A stretch of 63,925 bases of DNA, counting the filler, from Olpidium bornovanus S191 (lineage: Eukaryota; Fungi; Olpidiomycota), in the NCBI GenBank assembly GCA_017911155.1. It is 32 parts of 32 records of this genome, joined end to end, with 100 filler letters (N's around TTAATTAATTAA, not from the genome) between each part and the next. Parts side by side here need not be neighbours in the genome. Positions count along the whole stretch, not along the records: positions 34,631 to 36,882 come from JAEFCI010005431.1; positions 36,983 to 38,158 come from JAEFCI010012160.1; positions 38,259 to 40,139 come from JAEFCI010001735.1; positions 40,240 to 41,566 come from JAEFCI010004083.1; positions 41,667 to 43,085 come from JAEFCI010003237.1; positions 43,186 to 44,425 come from JAEFCI010012266.1; positions 44,526 to 45,592 come from JAEFCI010001440.1; 25 more parts are not named here. One strand, 5' to 3'. Positions 34,631 through 45,692 of this stretch are shown here, one piece after another. The notes below the pieces were generated by a model. That model searched no databases and was not told where the DNA came from. It saw nothing but the letters and a program-made list of their open reading frames with translations. The position numbers and the translations under genes were made by a program. Every line of letters begins with the position of its first letter. Positions within the stretch are counted from its first letter, which is position 1.

Positions 34631-36662
34631 CATGACGTCAGCTCTGCTGTGGGTTGCACACGCCATCCTAACAGACCGGAGCATCGACGACGGCCCACAC
34701 GCTGTATGACCCACACGAACAAAAACAGCTAAGCGTTAGCAAAAAAAAAAAAAAAAAAAAAAAAAGGAACCACAAAACGCTCTTCGAAAATTACCCAGTA
34801 CTCCAATGTCGCCCCCCTTCCCGAACTCTCTCGCAACTCTCTTAAACAGCGCGTCTAGGTCCGGCCTTCCTTCTCGCGGCTTCATCATCTCGGATGCGTC
34901 CGGTTGTGAGGACGCCAGGGGTTCGAGATCGATGAAGTCCGACTGCCCGTCGTTGCTGGGAGTGCAGCAGCACGAGCTCGCCGGGTACGGCGCCTTCGGG
35001 GAAAGGAGAGCAACCGATTTCTTGCCGGCGGAAGGAGTGTCCCTTGTGACGTGGAGGTAGATCTCGACGTCAGCGGCGGGCGACAACTCCGCCGACTCGC
35101 CGATCATGCGACGGAGGAGGCCCAGCTCGTGTTCCAGCCATTGGAAATGCGCTGCCGACGGCGGAGCGGGCCGTCAGCCGTCGTATTAGGGAACATATTC
35201 GTTTCGCGGGAAAAATCGACTGTGGAACGGAAACTCAACCGGCGCTCTTGGCGACCCACACCCAGATGACCTTGCTGCGCGCCGGCCTGCGCGGGTCCTC
35301 CAGAATCCACTGCACCCACCCCAGCATCGGCGCCGCGCCGATGCCGCCCGCCACGACGACGTTGGTCGAGTACCGCCGCGGGTCAAACGACGGCCGGCCG
35401 TACGGCCCGTCGATCTCCAGCGAGGTGAACGCCGGCCGGACGGCCGGCTTCGCGGACTCGCCGTAGTTCCCGCAGGCCGGCTGGGAACAGGTGCACGCGA
35501 GCAAGCGGCAGGGGAAGGGCCCTCGCGCGCGAACGTAGACCCGGCACCGCATGCCGCCGCCGCCGCCGCCGCCGCCGCGATCCGGATCTGCGGGCCGCCC
35601 GGCGTTCAAAGTTGAGCCCGGAAAATCTCCCGAATTTCCTTTCGGCGGCTCCCTCCCCGGAAGCGGTCGGTCGGCCCGAGCAACAGCAACCTTCGCGGCC
35701 CCGTCGCCGGCGTCGCCGGTGTCGCGGCACAGGCTGAACGGGTGCCACTCGCCGAACGAGACTCCTGGGATGCGCATGTAAATGTACTGCCCGGGCAGCG
35801 GGGTCGATGACGCATCTCCGCCGCAAGCGGTGGGCCAGATGGTGAACCTGATTTTGATCAGGCCGCCAGGCATGACGACGATGGACACGTCGCGCACCGG
35901 TTCGGCCGCCCTCCACAGCCGCATGCACCTGTCCAGGGCCCAAACCGCGAGCGGAACGCCGAAAAACCACGGCGCCCAGGTCGAATGCGCGACGACGCAA
36001 GCGAGGAAGGGCAAAAAGCAGAGGTGGGCGGCGCGGAACAAGTTGTAAAACCTGTGCCGCACGAAAGGCAGCGACGTCGCTGCCAGCGGAGCCAGCCACA
36101 GCAACGCCGCGACTCCTTGTCCCACCTTCCTGCGAGGGAGGTTGATGTCTAGGCTGCCGTTCGCGGCCCAGGTGAGGACATAACCCAGGCTGTGCGTTGC
36201 TATCAAGCCAATGAAGCACCACCCCAGCCAGCGGTGCAGCCTGTTCGCTTCTCCGATCCCGATGCCGAGAAGCCTCCCGAAGGGTATAAGCCTTCCGCCA
36301 AAGAGGAGGACAAATGCCAGGTTCGCGAGGGCGAGGTATCCGGGCCTCGACGCCTCCCAGGACAGGAACCCTGGAAGCGGGACGGCGACGAGGACGGCCT
36401 GCAGCGCAACGAAGGCTGACAGGGTGACCACGTGGAGGTAAGTCTCCAGCGACAGGGAAGCGCCCAGCCATTCCGGGGTCGGCTGCAGAGCCAGACGGTG
36501 GAACCGAAGGCTGATTGACGGCCAGCGTTTCGAGCGACTCGGCTTCCAGGAGGGGGCGGAGGGGCGGCGGGCGCAGACGGCGGTCCACGCTACGGCGGTA
36601 AGCAGCACCGCCAGATCGAGGCAGGCGAACGAGACGGCGACCGCCAACCCGGTGGTCAGCAT
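34631..36662 (-). CDS. Ferric reductase (FRE/NOX-like flavocytochrome), spliced, 3'-partial
   Basis: Haem histidines (LHRWLG...H; AAHL...AH), PGQY, EWHPFSL (FAD), IDGPYG, VVAGGIGAAP, WVWVAK, EGRPDL and final exon CGPSSML (NADPH). Confidence 0.93.
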
Positions 36663-36848
36663 CGCCGGTTTCTACCGAGGAACCGGGGCGCGGGGGAGGG
36701 GCGGGGTGAGCGGATAAGCCCCCTTGCGGTCGGACATGGCCAGGCTCCCCAGCGGCGACCGCCAAGCGCCTGTTACAACCCACCTTTTGGCCGAGAAACG
36801 GCCGGCGGCGGGGGGCGGCCGGCGCGGCACGCACGGAGCGGCTTAAGC

Positions 36849-36881
<33 letters not shown>

Positions 36882-37489
36882 GNNNNNNNNNNNNNNNNNN
36901 NNNNNNNNNNNNNNNNNNNNNNNNNNTTAATTAATTAANNNNNNNNNNNNNNNNNNNNNNNNNNNNNNNNNNNNNNNNNNNNCCGCCCGCTTCTCCTTAT
37001 TGTTCAGGCCCCCAATCGAGGGGGGCCAGAGTACGTATAACCCCTGGTGTCCCGTCTTCTAATAAACACAAGAACCCTTTGCCGGGCACACCACCCACAA
37101 CATTATCAATTGTCGTCAGTTGTCAATTGTCAATTGAGCGTAAATTGACCCTAAAATCCCCTTGGTGATACCCCTTAACATCAACGGCAGGCGGCGACAG
37201 GCGGCGACGGGCGGTGGGCGGGCCAGGAAGGGGGGAGGTGGGGGGTTTCGGGTTGAAGAGGGGGGGAGTTCCGGTTGAAGGATGGTCCGGGAGTTTGGGG
37301 AGGTGGGGGTGGTGGGGTGAGGGGGGTAGCTCAAAAAAATTTGGAAAAGAAGGGGGAGGCCAATAGGGACCAGAATAAAATTCCCCGAGAGGGGAAGTTC
37401 GCCAGAAACAGAGCTCCCTTGGAAATAGACCAATGAAAACCAGAATAACGTAACAGGGGCTTCTTCCTTTTCTAAGCTTAACCTAAACC

Positions 37490-38045
37490 TTAAACTCGGT
37501 TTTGTTTTGCTCAGACCGCACCACCCCGATTTTTACGGTAAATACCAGGGTAACCCTGGCACTACTGGTTGGACCTGCCGACGGGAGTGCGGTTGCATCC
37601 CGTGTTTCACCCACGCGTCCTCCGGCCCTACCGCGACCCCACAGAGATTCCGGTCCCACGCATGGTCTCCCGACCTGACCCCATCGACGCATTGGGAGAT
37701 GACTACGAAGTCAAGCGAGTCATCGGACGACATCAGCGCCAAGGACAAACCCAATACCTCGTCCGCTGGAAAGGCTACGACGTGTCCGATGACATGTGGG
37801 AACCGGCAGAACATCTCCGGGGTGCTCGACAAGCCGCGCACGAATTCTTCACGCAGAACCCGTCGTCCTAGACAGGACGCAAAACTGTCTGACCAACACG
37901 ACCTTCGTCGCTGACCGCAATGGTGACTGTCGTCCTGGACAAGATGTAAAACTGTCTAGTCACCATAACCGGCACAGCGTCCTGGACAGGACGTCAAACT
38001 GTCTAACCCAACAGAGACCGGGGGGGCGGACAAGGGGCATGACGT
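37490..38045 (+). mobile_element. Chromovirus-type Ty3/gypsy 3' end: integrase C-terminus with chromodomain, 3' UTR repeats and PPT
   Basis: YWLDLPTGVRLHPVFHPRVLRPY...YEVKRVIGRH...QYLVRWKGYDVSDDMWEPAEHL (stop at 37871). A purine-rich tract at about 38014-38038 is followed by TG. Confidence 0.9.
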
Positions 38046-38258
38046 CACGACTTGACACACCGGTGTGTCTAGTAATCTCGGCGATTTCAAGATCACGTGA
38101 CTTTGCGCTTGGCGGGGTGCTCTCGATAAGGGCTTGACGTAGCCCAAGAGGGGTTTGANNNNNNNNNNNNNNNNNNNNNNNNNNNNNNNNNNNNNNNNNN
38201 NNTTAATTAATTAANNNNNNNNNNNNNNNNNNNNNNNNNNNNNNNNNNNNNNNNNNNN

Positions 38259-39734
38259 GGAATCGCGATAACTCGCGTTAACAAACGGTAACTGGGCGCC
38301 GAGGACTACTTGCCGCCCCACGAAAATTGGGACGGCATCAAGGACGCGGCGCGTGAAGCCGGGCGATCGTTCGTCATGTGCGTTTTGTCCCAAATGGGCA
38401 CTGGGAAATCCGAGGCGCTGCGCACTTTGCTCGGCGACAGTTCCACTGGGGTCCTCGCAGCATCTCGTGGGCAGCTGGTGAAAGCGCAGGATCCCGTGGG
38501 TGTTGGTGTTTGGTATCGACGAGCTTTTCCTCGGTCGGGCGGGCGAGGAGCTGACTGGGCTTCCGTTTCCGTGAAAAATTCTTTGAGGGCCAGGCGGGCG
38601 CTAAACGAGTTCCTTGGTGTCGAAGATATCACCAGGCGCCCGACCGTCTGCGCCGTTTCCGCCCGTGTGCTGTTCGCCTCGCGCCTGGCGATTAGGTGGC
38701 AGCTGCAGGATTACAGAGAGCTGTCGCGCGACGCGGAGAGGGACCGCGCGCGGTGGGTTGGAGAGAGCAGAGAGGGGCCCAAACCCGCGGACGCGTCCGC
38801 GCGGATGCGCGCCTCGCGCCATCTCGCGATCTGCTCGACGTCCATCCCCCATCTCGATCAGCGGGAAGAGGGGTGGCAAGTCGTCGCGATCGACGAAGGT
38901 AAATCCGCAACCTCACGCTTCCTTTTTGTTTCGCACCAACTCGCAAACTCACGCTTTCTTTTTTGTTTTGCCCCAACTCGCCGGCTGAAAAGGGCGCCAG
39001 GTGGCCGATCACAACATCGACGACATCGTCCAAGGTCAGTTGTCCGGCGTCGTGAGGACATTTAGGAGTGTGATTGACGGGTCGCAGCTTACCATTGTTG
39101 CCGCCGCCGACCTCGACCCCCCCTCACTGAAAGTGCTGTTTCCCGGTCGCAACTGGAGCGACCGCTTCAGTGCGCGGTTGCTGATCAACGAAGGCGGCGA
39201 GGGGGCTCTAACAGACTACCAACTCGTGTGGCTGCCGTCGGCAGACACCGCCGTGCGAGTTCTTCACGTCCTGCTGGAAGGTGGAACCCGGGTCTTCGTG
39301 CCGTGCGGCACTGTCGCCGCGCTGCAGGCGATCACCGAGTACCTGCGGTCGAACTTTCTGCACTTCCGTGTACTTTCCTTCCACCGCGGGTCACCCTCCG
39401 CCACCAAACAGAGAATCGCGGGCGACGACCCCACAGGGTGGCTGCGGGAACAACTAATCGACGTTCTCGTTGTCACGCCGCTCATTTCCACGGGCTTCTC
39501 CATCGAAGGCGGATGGTTCGACACGCTGGTCGCTGTGTTCCCCGCCCTCCCCCCCATCACCGAAACCAAAATCCAGTTCATGGCCCGAGTGCGCGGGTTC
39601 CCGGTAAAAGTACGTGCACGCGGTCGATTTTCTTTTGCTCCAAACCTGGGAATCTAGAAACCTAACATCCTCACAGACCGTGTTCGTTTGGTACGAAGAG
39701 TGGGTCCCCCCTTCCACCGCCGCCTCCGCGTACG

Positions 39735-39773
<39 letters not shown>

Positions 39774-40048
39774 CCCCCCCCCCCCCCCCCCCCCTATCAT
39801 ACATCGCGCGCCTGTTCGTCGAGGCCGCCGAGGCGTACGACGGGGCGATTGACACTATCCTTGCGGGACTCGTCGATCAAGTGCGCGATGTCGGCTGGCG
39901 CCGGTTCGCGGCTATCCGCCACGCCGTCGAGCAACTGATGCGAAGGCTGGGCCCTGGGAAGTTCTTGGAACGGACCCGGAACGAGCACTGGCCACTGCGG
40001 CCGTCCTCGGCCACACAAAGTGCCGACCCTGATCATACAAGGAACTGA
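38259..40048 (+). CDS. Origin-binding-protein-like SF2 helicase (herpes UL9 / PF02399-like), spliced, 5'-partial
   Basis: Walker A SQMGTGKS, motif Ia VSARVLFA, LAICSTSI, Walker B VVAIDE, AAADL, VFVPC, and VLVVTPLISTGFSIEGGWFD...QFMARVR (motifs V/VI). Predicted introns 38899-38992 and 39610-39676 (branch point CCTAAC) restore the frame. Confidence 0.8.
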
Positions 40049-40259
40049 TGGAGGGTCCAGAAGCGGGGGGAATGGCGTCAGGCTACGCAATTCCTGCCCC
40101 CAGAGAAACGTCATATCCTTCGGGGAAAGTGGGCCTGCANNNNNNNNNNNNNNNNNNNNNNNNNNNNNNNNNNNNNNNNNNNNTTAATTAATTAANNNNN
40201 NNNNNNNNNNNNNNNNNNNNNNNNNNNNNNNNNNNNNNNCAGCGGGCCCGCTCTGCACC

Positions 40260-40470
40260 TCTCTGCGTTGGGGACCAGGTCCTACGGTATGAGTCATGGA
40301 AGGAGACGACGTGGACTGGGAAGCTGGAACCGGACTGGGTGGGCCCCTTCGAGATCGCCCGTGTCAACGGGAATGATTCCTTCGCCCTGCAGCATCCCGG
40401 GGAGGAGCTCCCATTCGAGGACGCCGTGTCGGGAAGGCGGTTGAAGCTTTACCATGCGCGTTCGCCTTCG
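40260..40470 (+). mobile_element. Ty3/gypsy integrase C-terminal GPF region
   Basis: My translation (not in the ORF track): VGDQVLRYESWKETTWTGKLEPDWVGPFEIARVNGNDSFALQ...VSGRRLKLYHAR. Confidence 0.8.
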
Positions 40471-40862
40471 TCGTGGTTTCCGGCAACCGGGGAGGACCTT
40501 TGACGGACGGACGGAACATCGGAAGGAGGGGGAGGCCCCCCCGTCGGGGCACTGCGGCATTTCTGTTTCGGCTCCCCGCTCCTTTTCCCCCGGGTGTCTG
40601 GTTTTGCTGATCGACTCCGTCGCCGTCGTCTTCCCTGTTTTCCGGTTCTGCATTCCTCGTCGCGCGGCACGTCCGTTCTCCTGTTTCCTTTTTCCCTTCT
40701 GTTCTGTTTTTCCCCGCTTCCCCACTTCGGCGCGTCACCAGTCCCGCCATGTCGGCTCCCCTCCCTCCCACACAACCCAACCGCTGTCCCGATCCCTTTT
40801 CTTCCTTTTTCAGGCCCTTTCTGCGCGTTATCCCGGTGACCATGGCTGACGCCTGCGTGGGA

Positions 40863-41462
40863 TCACGCCGGGCCTCGGGGAGGGGGATGTCCGGGTAGAA
40901 ATAGAATTCCCGCTGTTTTCCCCTGTTTCCCCTTAACCGGTGTTTTCCCCTTCATTTTCCTCAACGTAGAAAAGAAAACAAACGACGGACTGCGTTCCCC
41001 CCTCCATCGCGGCACCGGCGCTTTCTTCAGGTTCCGGGGCTGGACCTCGGCTCGCGTCGAAGACCTCTTCGAGCGCTGTCTCTTAAGCGAAGGCGATATC
41101 CGCGGCCCCGCGTCGTTGCGCCTGCCTTTTTTTCCAGATGTCAATCGTCTTCCAGCTCTTTTCGCAGCACTCCTTGGCACGCCCCGCCTTCTCAAGAGTG
41201 GCACCAAAGGCTCTCTTTCGTCTTCAAGCTCCTCAGTTTCGCCCCCGGCGCTTTCGGCTTCCACGCCCTCGTCGTCAACCGGGTTCAAAGACCCCTCTGC
41301 CACTTCTTCCGACTGGCTTCCTTCATCTTCGTCGTTCCCGCTGTTCTCTTCGTTGCTGCTCGACGGTTCGCCGGTAATAGACAAGAACGTGTCCGGGAAC
41401 CTTCTTCCCTGCTCAACTGCCCGCTTCCGCAACAGCCGGCATCGTTCTGCCAGGCGAGCCAT
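40863..41462 (-). CDS. Acidic/basic low-complexity ORF antisense to, and downstream of, the integrase
   Basis: 199-aa ORF: MARLAERCRLLRKRAVEQGRR, an E/D-rich tract, then a K/R-rich NLS-like tract. Confidence 0.4.
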   Translation of the reverse strand: MARLAERCRLLRKRAVEQGRRFPDTFLSITGEPSSSNEENSGNDEDEGSQSEEVAEGSLNPVDDEGVEAESAGGETEELEDEREPLVPLLRRRGVPRSAAKRAGRRLTSGKKGRRNDAGPRISPSLKRQRSKRSSTRAEVQPRNLKKAPVPRWRGERSPSFVFFSTLRKMKGKTPVKGKQGKTAGILFLPGHPPPRGPA

Positions 41463-41667
41463 GGTTCAAGCGGCCGCCGTCGCGAACGTATCAGAAAGCG
41501 CGGCAGAGGTACTTTTGGCCTGGAATGAGGCGGGACGTGGAGGATTATGTGAGAAATTGCACGCCANNNNNNNNNNNNNNNNNNNNNNNNNNNNNNNNNN
41601 NNNNNNNNNNTTAATTAATTAANNNNNNNNNNNNNNNNNNNNNNNNNNNNNNNNNNNNNNNNNNNNC

Positions 41668-42174
41668 CCGCTGGCGTTCATCCGAACACGGTGGGTCTGT
41701 CCTGCTCAGCGTCGGTCCGACCCGCCGGTCAAGTTCTTCCCCGTTTTTTTGGTAAACTCGCCTGCGAAATTCCGGCCGGTCGGTAGCCTTATCCCACTTG
41801 TTTTTCGTTATTTTTTGTGCTACCGTTTTTTCGTGGAAATTGCAGACTTCAGGCGCAAGGGACGCCCTCCCACCCCACGCGCTACGCGGGATCCATGGAC
41901 CTCATACGGGCGACGTATACAAGAGAGGGGTTCTCCGGGTTTTACAAGGGCTTGGCGCCCACCCTTTTGAAGGTGGTCGCGTTCTGTCTAGCGGGTTTCC
42001 TTTGGAAATGATGTCAAGCGGCGTTTGTGTCTCCGCGCACATCAAGTTTACCGCAAAGCTCTGCTTACCCGCAACTGGGTTTTTTCCGGCGTTTCATTTT
42101 TCCAGGTTGTCCCGGCCGTCTCCATCGGCTACGTGATTTACGAGAAGAGCCTCGCCCAATTTGGGCTCAAATAA
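41668..42174 (+). CDS. SAL1: Mitochondrial ATP-Mg/Pi carrier (Sal1/SCaMC-type), C-terminal exons
   Basis: PLAFIRTR|LQAQGTPSHPTRYAGSMDLIRATYTREGFSGFYKGLAPTLLK|VVPAVSIGYVIYEKSLAQFGLK*. Confidence 0.8.
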
Positions 42175-43185
42175 ATTTTCCTCTTTTTTTTTCTCGTAGG
42201 TAAAGAATTAACGGTCAATTGAAATTACATTTCCCCTTTTATCTTTTCGTGTATTTTTTTTTCATAACGGACTTTGTTGCCCGCCCCCGGCGACCGTCCT
42301 GCCTCCCTCCTCCCGATCCACTTCCCGTAATCAGGAATAGCTTATCCCACCCCCAGCCCGTTTCCTGGCGCACCACCTTATAACGCCCGCGCGGGCATCC
42401 CAAGCCCTGCCCGCCGGCCCTTTTTTGTTATCCCTTCAGAACGTTGGCTTAAAATGGCTGTCGGCCTCCCCATTTTTTTTTTCTGTGGTTAGCATTTATT
42501 CCCCACAAGCTAGCACAACGCCCCTAGATAATCGCACGTCGCTCTAACAATATTTTTTTTGACCTCCAGCACGTAAGAAAAAGAGAAGCATGGCCGGCAG
42601 AACCCCCCTCCCCTCCCCCTCCCCCTCCCCGGCCAAAGGCTGTTTTCTGGGGGGTGTCCTCCCCAAACCGCGCCTTCCCCTCCTCGCGACTGATTTCATG
42701 TTCGGCCAATTATTAATCGTATTAAAACTCCGGCCAGCCGCTTCCGCTCGCTGAGACGAGCCCCGTTTTTTTTTCTTTCCAGTGCGCGCGCATACACGCG
42801 CGGGCCGGGATCCCGCGCGGAATTGTTGCAAGGGAAACCCCCCCCGGCCGGCCAGTCCAAAGACCCCGGAAAAGTCGCGCCCGGCGCCTCCCGACGCCGC
42901 CGGTCTCTGACCCAACGCGCCCCGCTGCGGAGTCCGCGGGAGGAGGAAAGAGAAAGAGAGAGGAAAAGAGTGACAGAGAGAGAAAGAGAGAAAGAGAGAG
43001 GGAGACAGCCGGAGAAGACGAGAGCCCGGGCGCTTTTTGCACCTCCCGGTCCCCCCGAACTTGCCACTCTCGCCTGGTGAGAAAANNNNNNNNNNNNNNN
43101 NNNNNNNNNNNNNNNNNNNNNNNNNNNNNTTAATTAATTAANNNNNNNNNNNNNNNNNNNNNNNNNNNNNNNNNNNNNNNNNNNN

Positions 43186-43222
<37 letters not shown>

Positions 43223-43341
43223 AGGAAATGAGAAAAGAAAGATACTGCGGGATTTTCCCTCTTCTGCCCTGGGATTACTTCTCTTTTCCCCTCGCCCACC
43301 GGGGCTTCATGTTTTGAGATGTCCTGTCGCCCTGTTTCCTT

Positions 43342-44223
43342 TTTGGCCAGGCATCACCATGATGGCGCTCGCTGATTACTACGGCGCCAACGACAACAGC
43401 TCGGACATCCGGGACGCTTTCGACGCTTTCTTCAGGTGGACGCAGAAGACGCAGCAGGCCGCGCGCGAGTACCACCCGCCCGACATGTGGTTCAAAGAAG
43501 AGCAGGCCTGGACGAAGTACACCTTGGAGGGGAAGCCCTTTCACAACGTAATGATAAAGAAAACCCGTTTTTTGTTTTTTTATTTATTTTTTTTTGGGGG
43601 GGGTTCGTCAACGCCAATAGAGAGAGAGGGAGGAAGGGGGCGAAGGTGCAATTGCTCATAGCGCTGTTAATTAACTCCGGGACGCTCAAACGGGGTCGGG
43701 CGGTGGCACCGTTTTCTCGTCCCCCCTCCCCCCCCCACTCCATCCCCTCGGCGCGGGCCGCTGTAATTAGTGGATGAGCCCTCAGTACGACGGCCCCGCG
43801 CTCCGGGCCCTCGCCTTCATCAAGTACGGCAGGCACGCCGGCCGGTTTTCCGAGTACTACGACGCCCGCGACGACCGGTCCGTCCTCAAAACCGACCTGG
43901 ACGCCATCACCCGCGCGTGGGACAGGGCCGACGGCTACGATCCGTGGGAGGAGATCCGGGGGCGGCACTTCTTCGTGAGCATGGTCCAGTACCGCGCCCT
44001 CGCGGACGGCGCCGACATGATCGAGGCGCTCGGGGACTCGGCGAACGCGCTCAGATACCGGTACGCCGCCCAGCGCATAAAGGACGGCATCCTCGGCAGG
44101 TTCTGGGACCACTGGAGGCTGGTCTCCACCGTGGACGCCGACCGCTCCGAGAGGATTGACAACGACGGGGCGAACCACAAGGTTCAGAGGGGATATTTCA
44201 TCGACATCGCGACCATCCTGGGA
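43342..44223 (+). CDS. Glucoamylase-like glycoside hydrolase family 15, internal exons
   Basis: WMSPQYDGPALRALAFI, KTDLDAI, GYDPWEEIRGRHFFVSMVQYRALADGA (WEE catalytic-acid motif), DIATILG. Confidence 0.85.
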
Positions 44224-44562
44224 GTGGTGAGTTCAGAAAAACAAAAAGGAAAAAAAAAAAACAAAAAAAAACAAAAACAAAGGCCGGCGCGCGATCAAAC
44301 TAAAGGCGGGTTGTTGCCCATCTGCCTGACTGGCGTTTCACACTAAAGCAAATTATGTTTTTCTTTCATTGGGGGTCGGGGTGGGGGGGGGGGGGGGGGG
44401 GGGGGGGGGTTTGGTTGTTAAACTGNNNNNNNNNNNNNNNNNNNNNNNNNNNNNNNNNNNNNNNNNNNNTTAATTAATTAANNNNNNNNNNNNNNNNNNN
44501 NNNNNNNNNNNNNNNNNNNNNNNNNGAAAAAGGGGGGGAAGGGGGGGGGGGGGGGGTTTTTC

Positions 44563-44606
<44 letters not shown>

Positions 44607-44619
44607 GCTGCTGCGAAAA

Positions 44620-44760
44620 TGTTAAGTTCCCGCCCTCCGGCTCCGGCTTCGGCTCGTCCCCGCCCCTGAAACACATCCAGAACAGTAGAACGTAACACGT
44701 TATCAGCACCAGAGCTCGCCGCTGACCTTTCCGCGAGAGCCCTTCCCGCCGCAGTACCAT
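44620..44760 (-). CDS. Possible N-terminus of a type II membrane protein
   Basis: MVLRREGLSRKGQRRALVLITCYVLLFWMCF: a basic tail followed by one hydrophobic helix. Truncated at homopolymers. Confidence 0.25.
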
Positions 44761-44899
44761 TGCCCGGCGCCCCCGTAGCTTTGCCTTCCTCACCCTCGCC
44801 ATCTCCGCGGTAGCATCGCGAGAACCAACCCGCTCTCGTGCTCACCGCTTCTCGACCAGAGCTCACGCCCGACCGCCCTAGCGCCACAGCCGCCTCGAA

Positions 44900-45505
44900 A
44901 AAAAAAACGGGAAAAGGAAATCTATTTCGGGTACCGTCCAGCTCTCAGAGGTTGTACGTAGACGATGATTTATCAACAGCAATGACAACGTACGGGCCAT
45001 ACCAGCGCCGAACAAACTTTCGGTCGGCCCGGTACTGCGTCTCCGGCCGTTCGTTTCGTAGGTCGAACCAATCGCCGATCGACGATGGTTGGGCGGGAAT
45101 CCATCTCTTTTTGTCTACTGCTTCCTTCATTGCCCGTTTTTCTTGGCACGCGTGTTCTAGAGCGGCGATAACGTTTGTTTCCCGTGCCTCCAGCTGTGAC
45201 ATTCGTAAACGTAACAGCTCTTCACGGCTGATGTTGTCCTTCCATGGTAGAGCCATCCAAGACATGACTGTGTCGTCGATTGGTAACCGTACTCTTGTTC
45301 CGAACATTAATTCTGCTGGAGGGTACATTCTGCGGGAGGGTACCTTGTGGCTCGATGGACGGTCGTTCGGTCAGCCCACAGCGCATACGGGAGGAGACTA
45401 GGCCAGTCGCTGATCCTTTCGTTCGCAGCTTTGGCCAATGCGTCAACAATGGGTTGATGTCCCAGTTCCACTTGACCATTCGACTCAGGGTTGTACGCGG
45501 TGGTG

Positions 45506-45510
<5 letters not shown>
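44900..45510 (-). mobile_element. Degenerate Ty3/gypsy integrase (core C-terminal half)
   Basis: TTAYNPESNGQVELGHQPIVDAL...WPSLLPYALWADRTT...YPPAELMFG...RKFVRRWYGPYVV. A short duplication of the YPPAE codons causes a frameshift; there is an in-frame stop. Confidence 0.9.
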
Positions 45511-45546
<36 letters not shown>

Positions 45547-45692
45547 CGCGGAACAAAAAAAAAAAAAAAAGGGGGGGCGCCCCCCCCCACCCNNNNNNNN
45601 NNNNNNNNNNNNNNNNNNNNNNNNNNNNNNNNNNNNTTAATTAATTAANNNNNNNNNNNNNNNNNNNNNNNNNNNNNNNNNNNNNNNNNNNN

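Noticed and set aside
37474-37495. Telomere-like TTAACC/TAAACC run
   Set aside because: It has only three degenerate units and lies inside a retroelement fragment.
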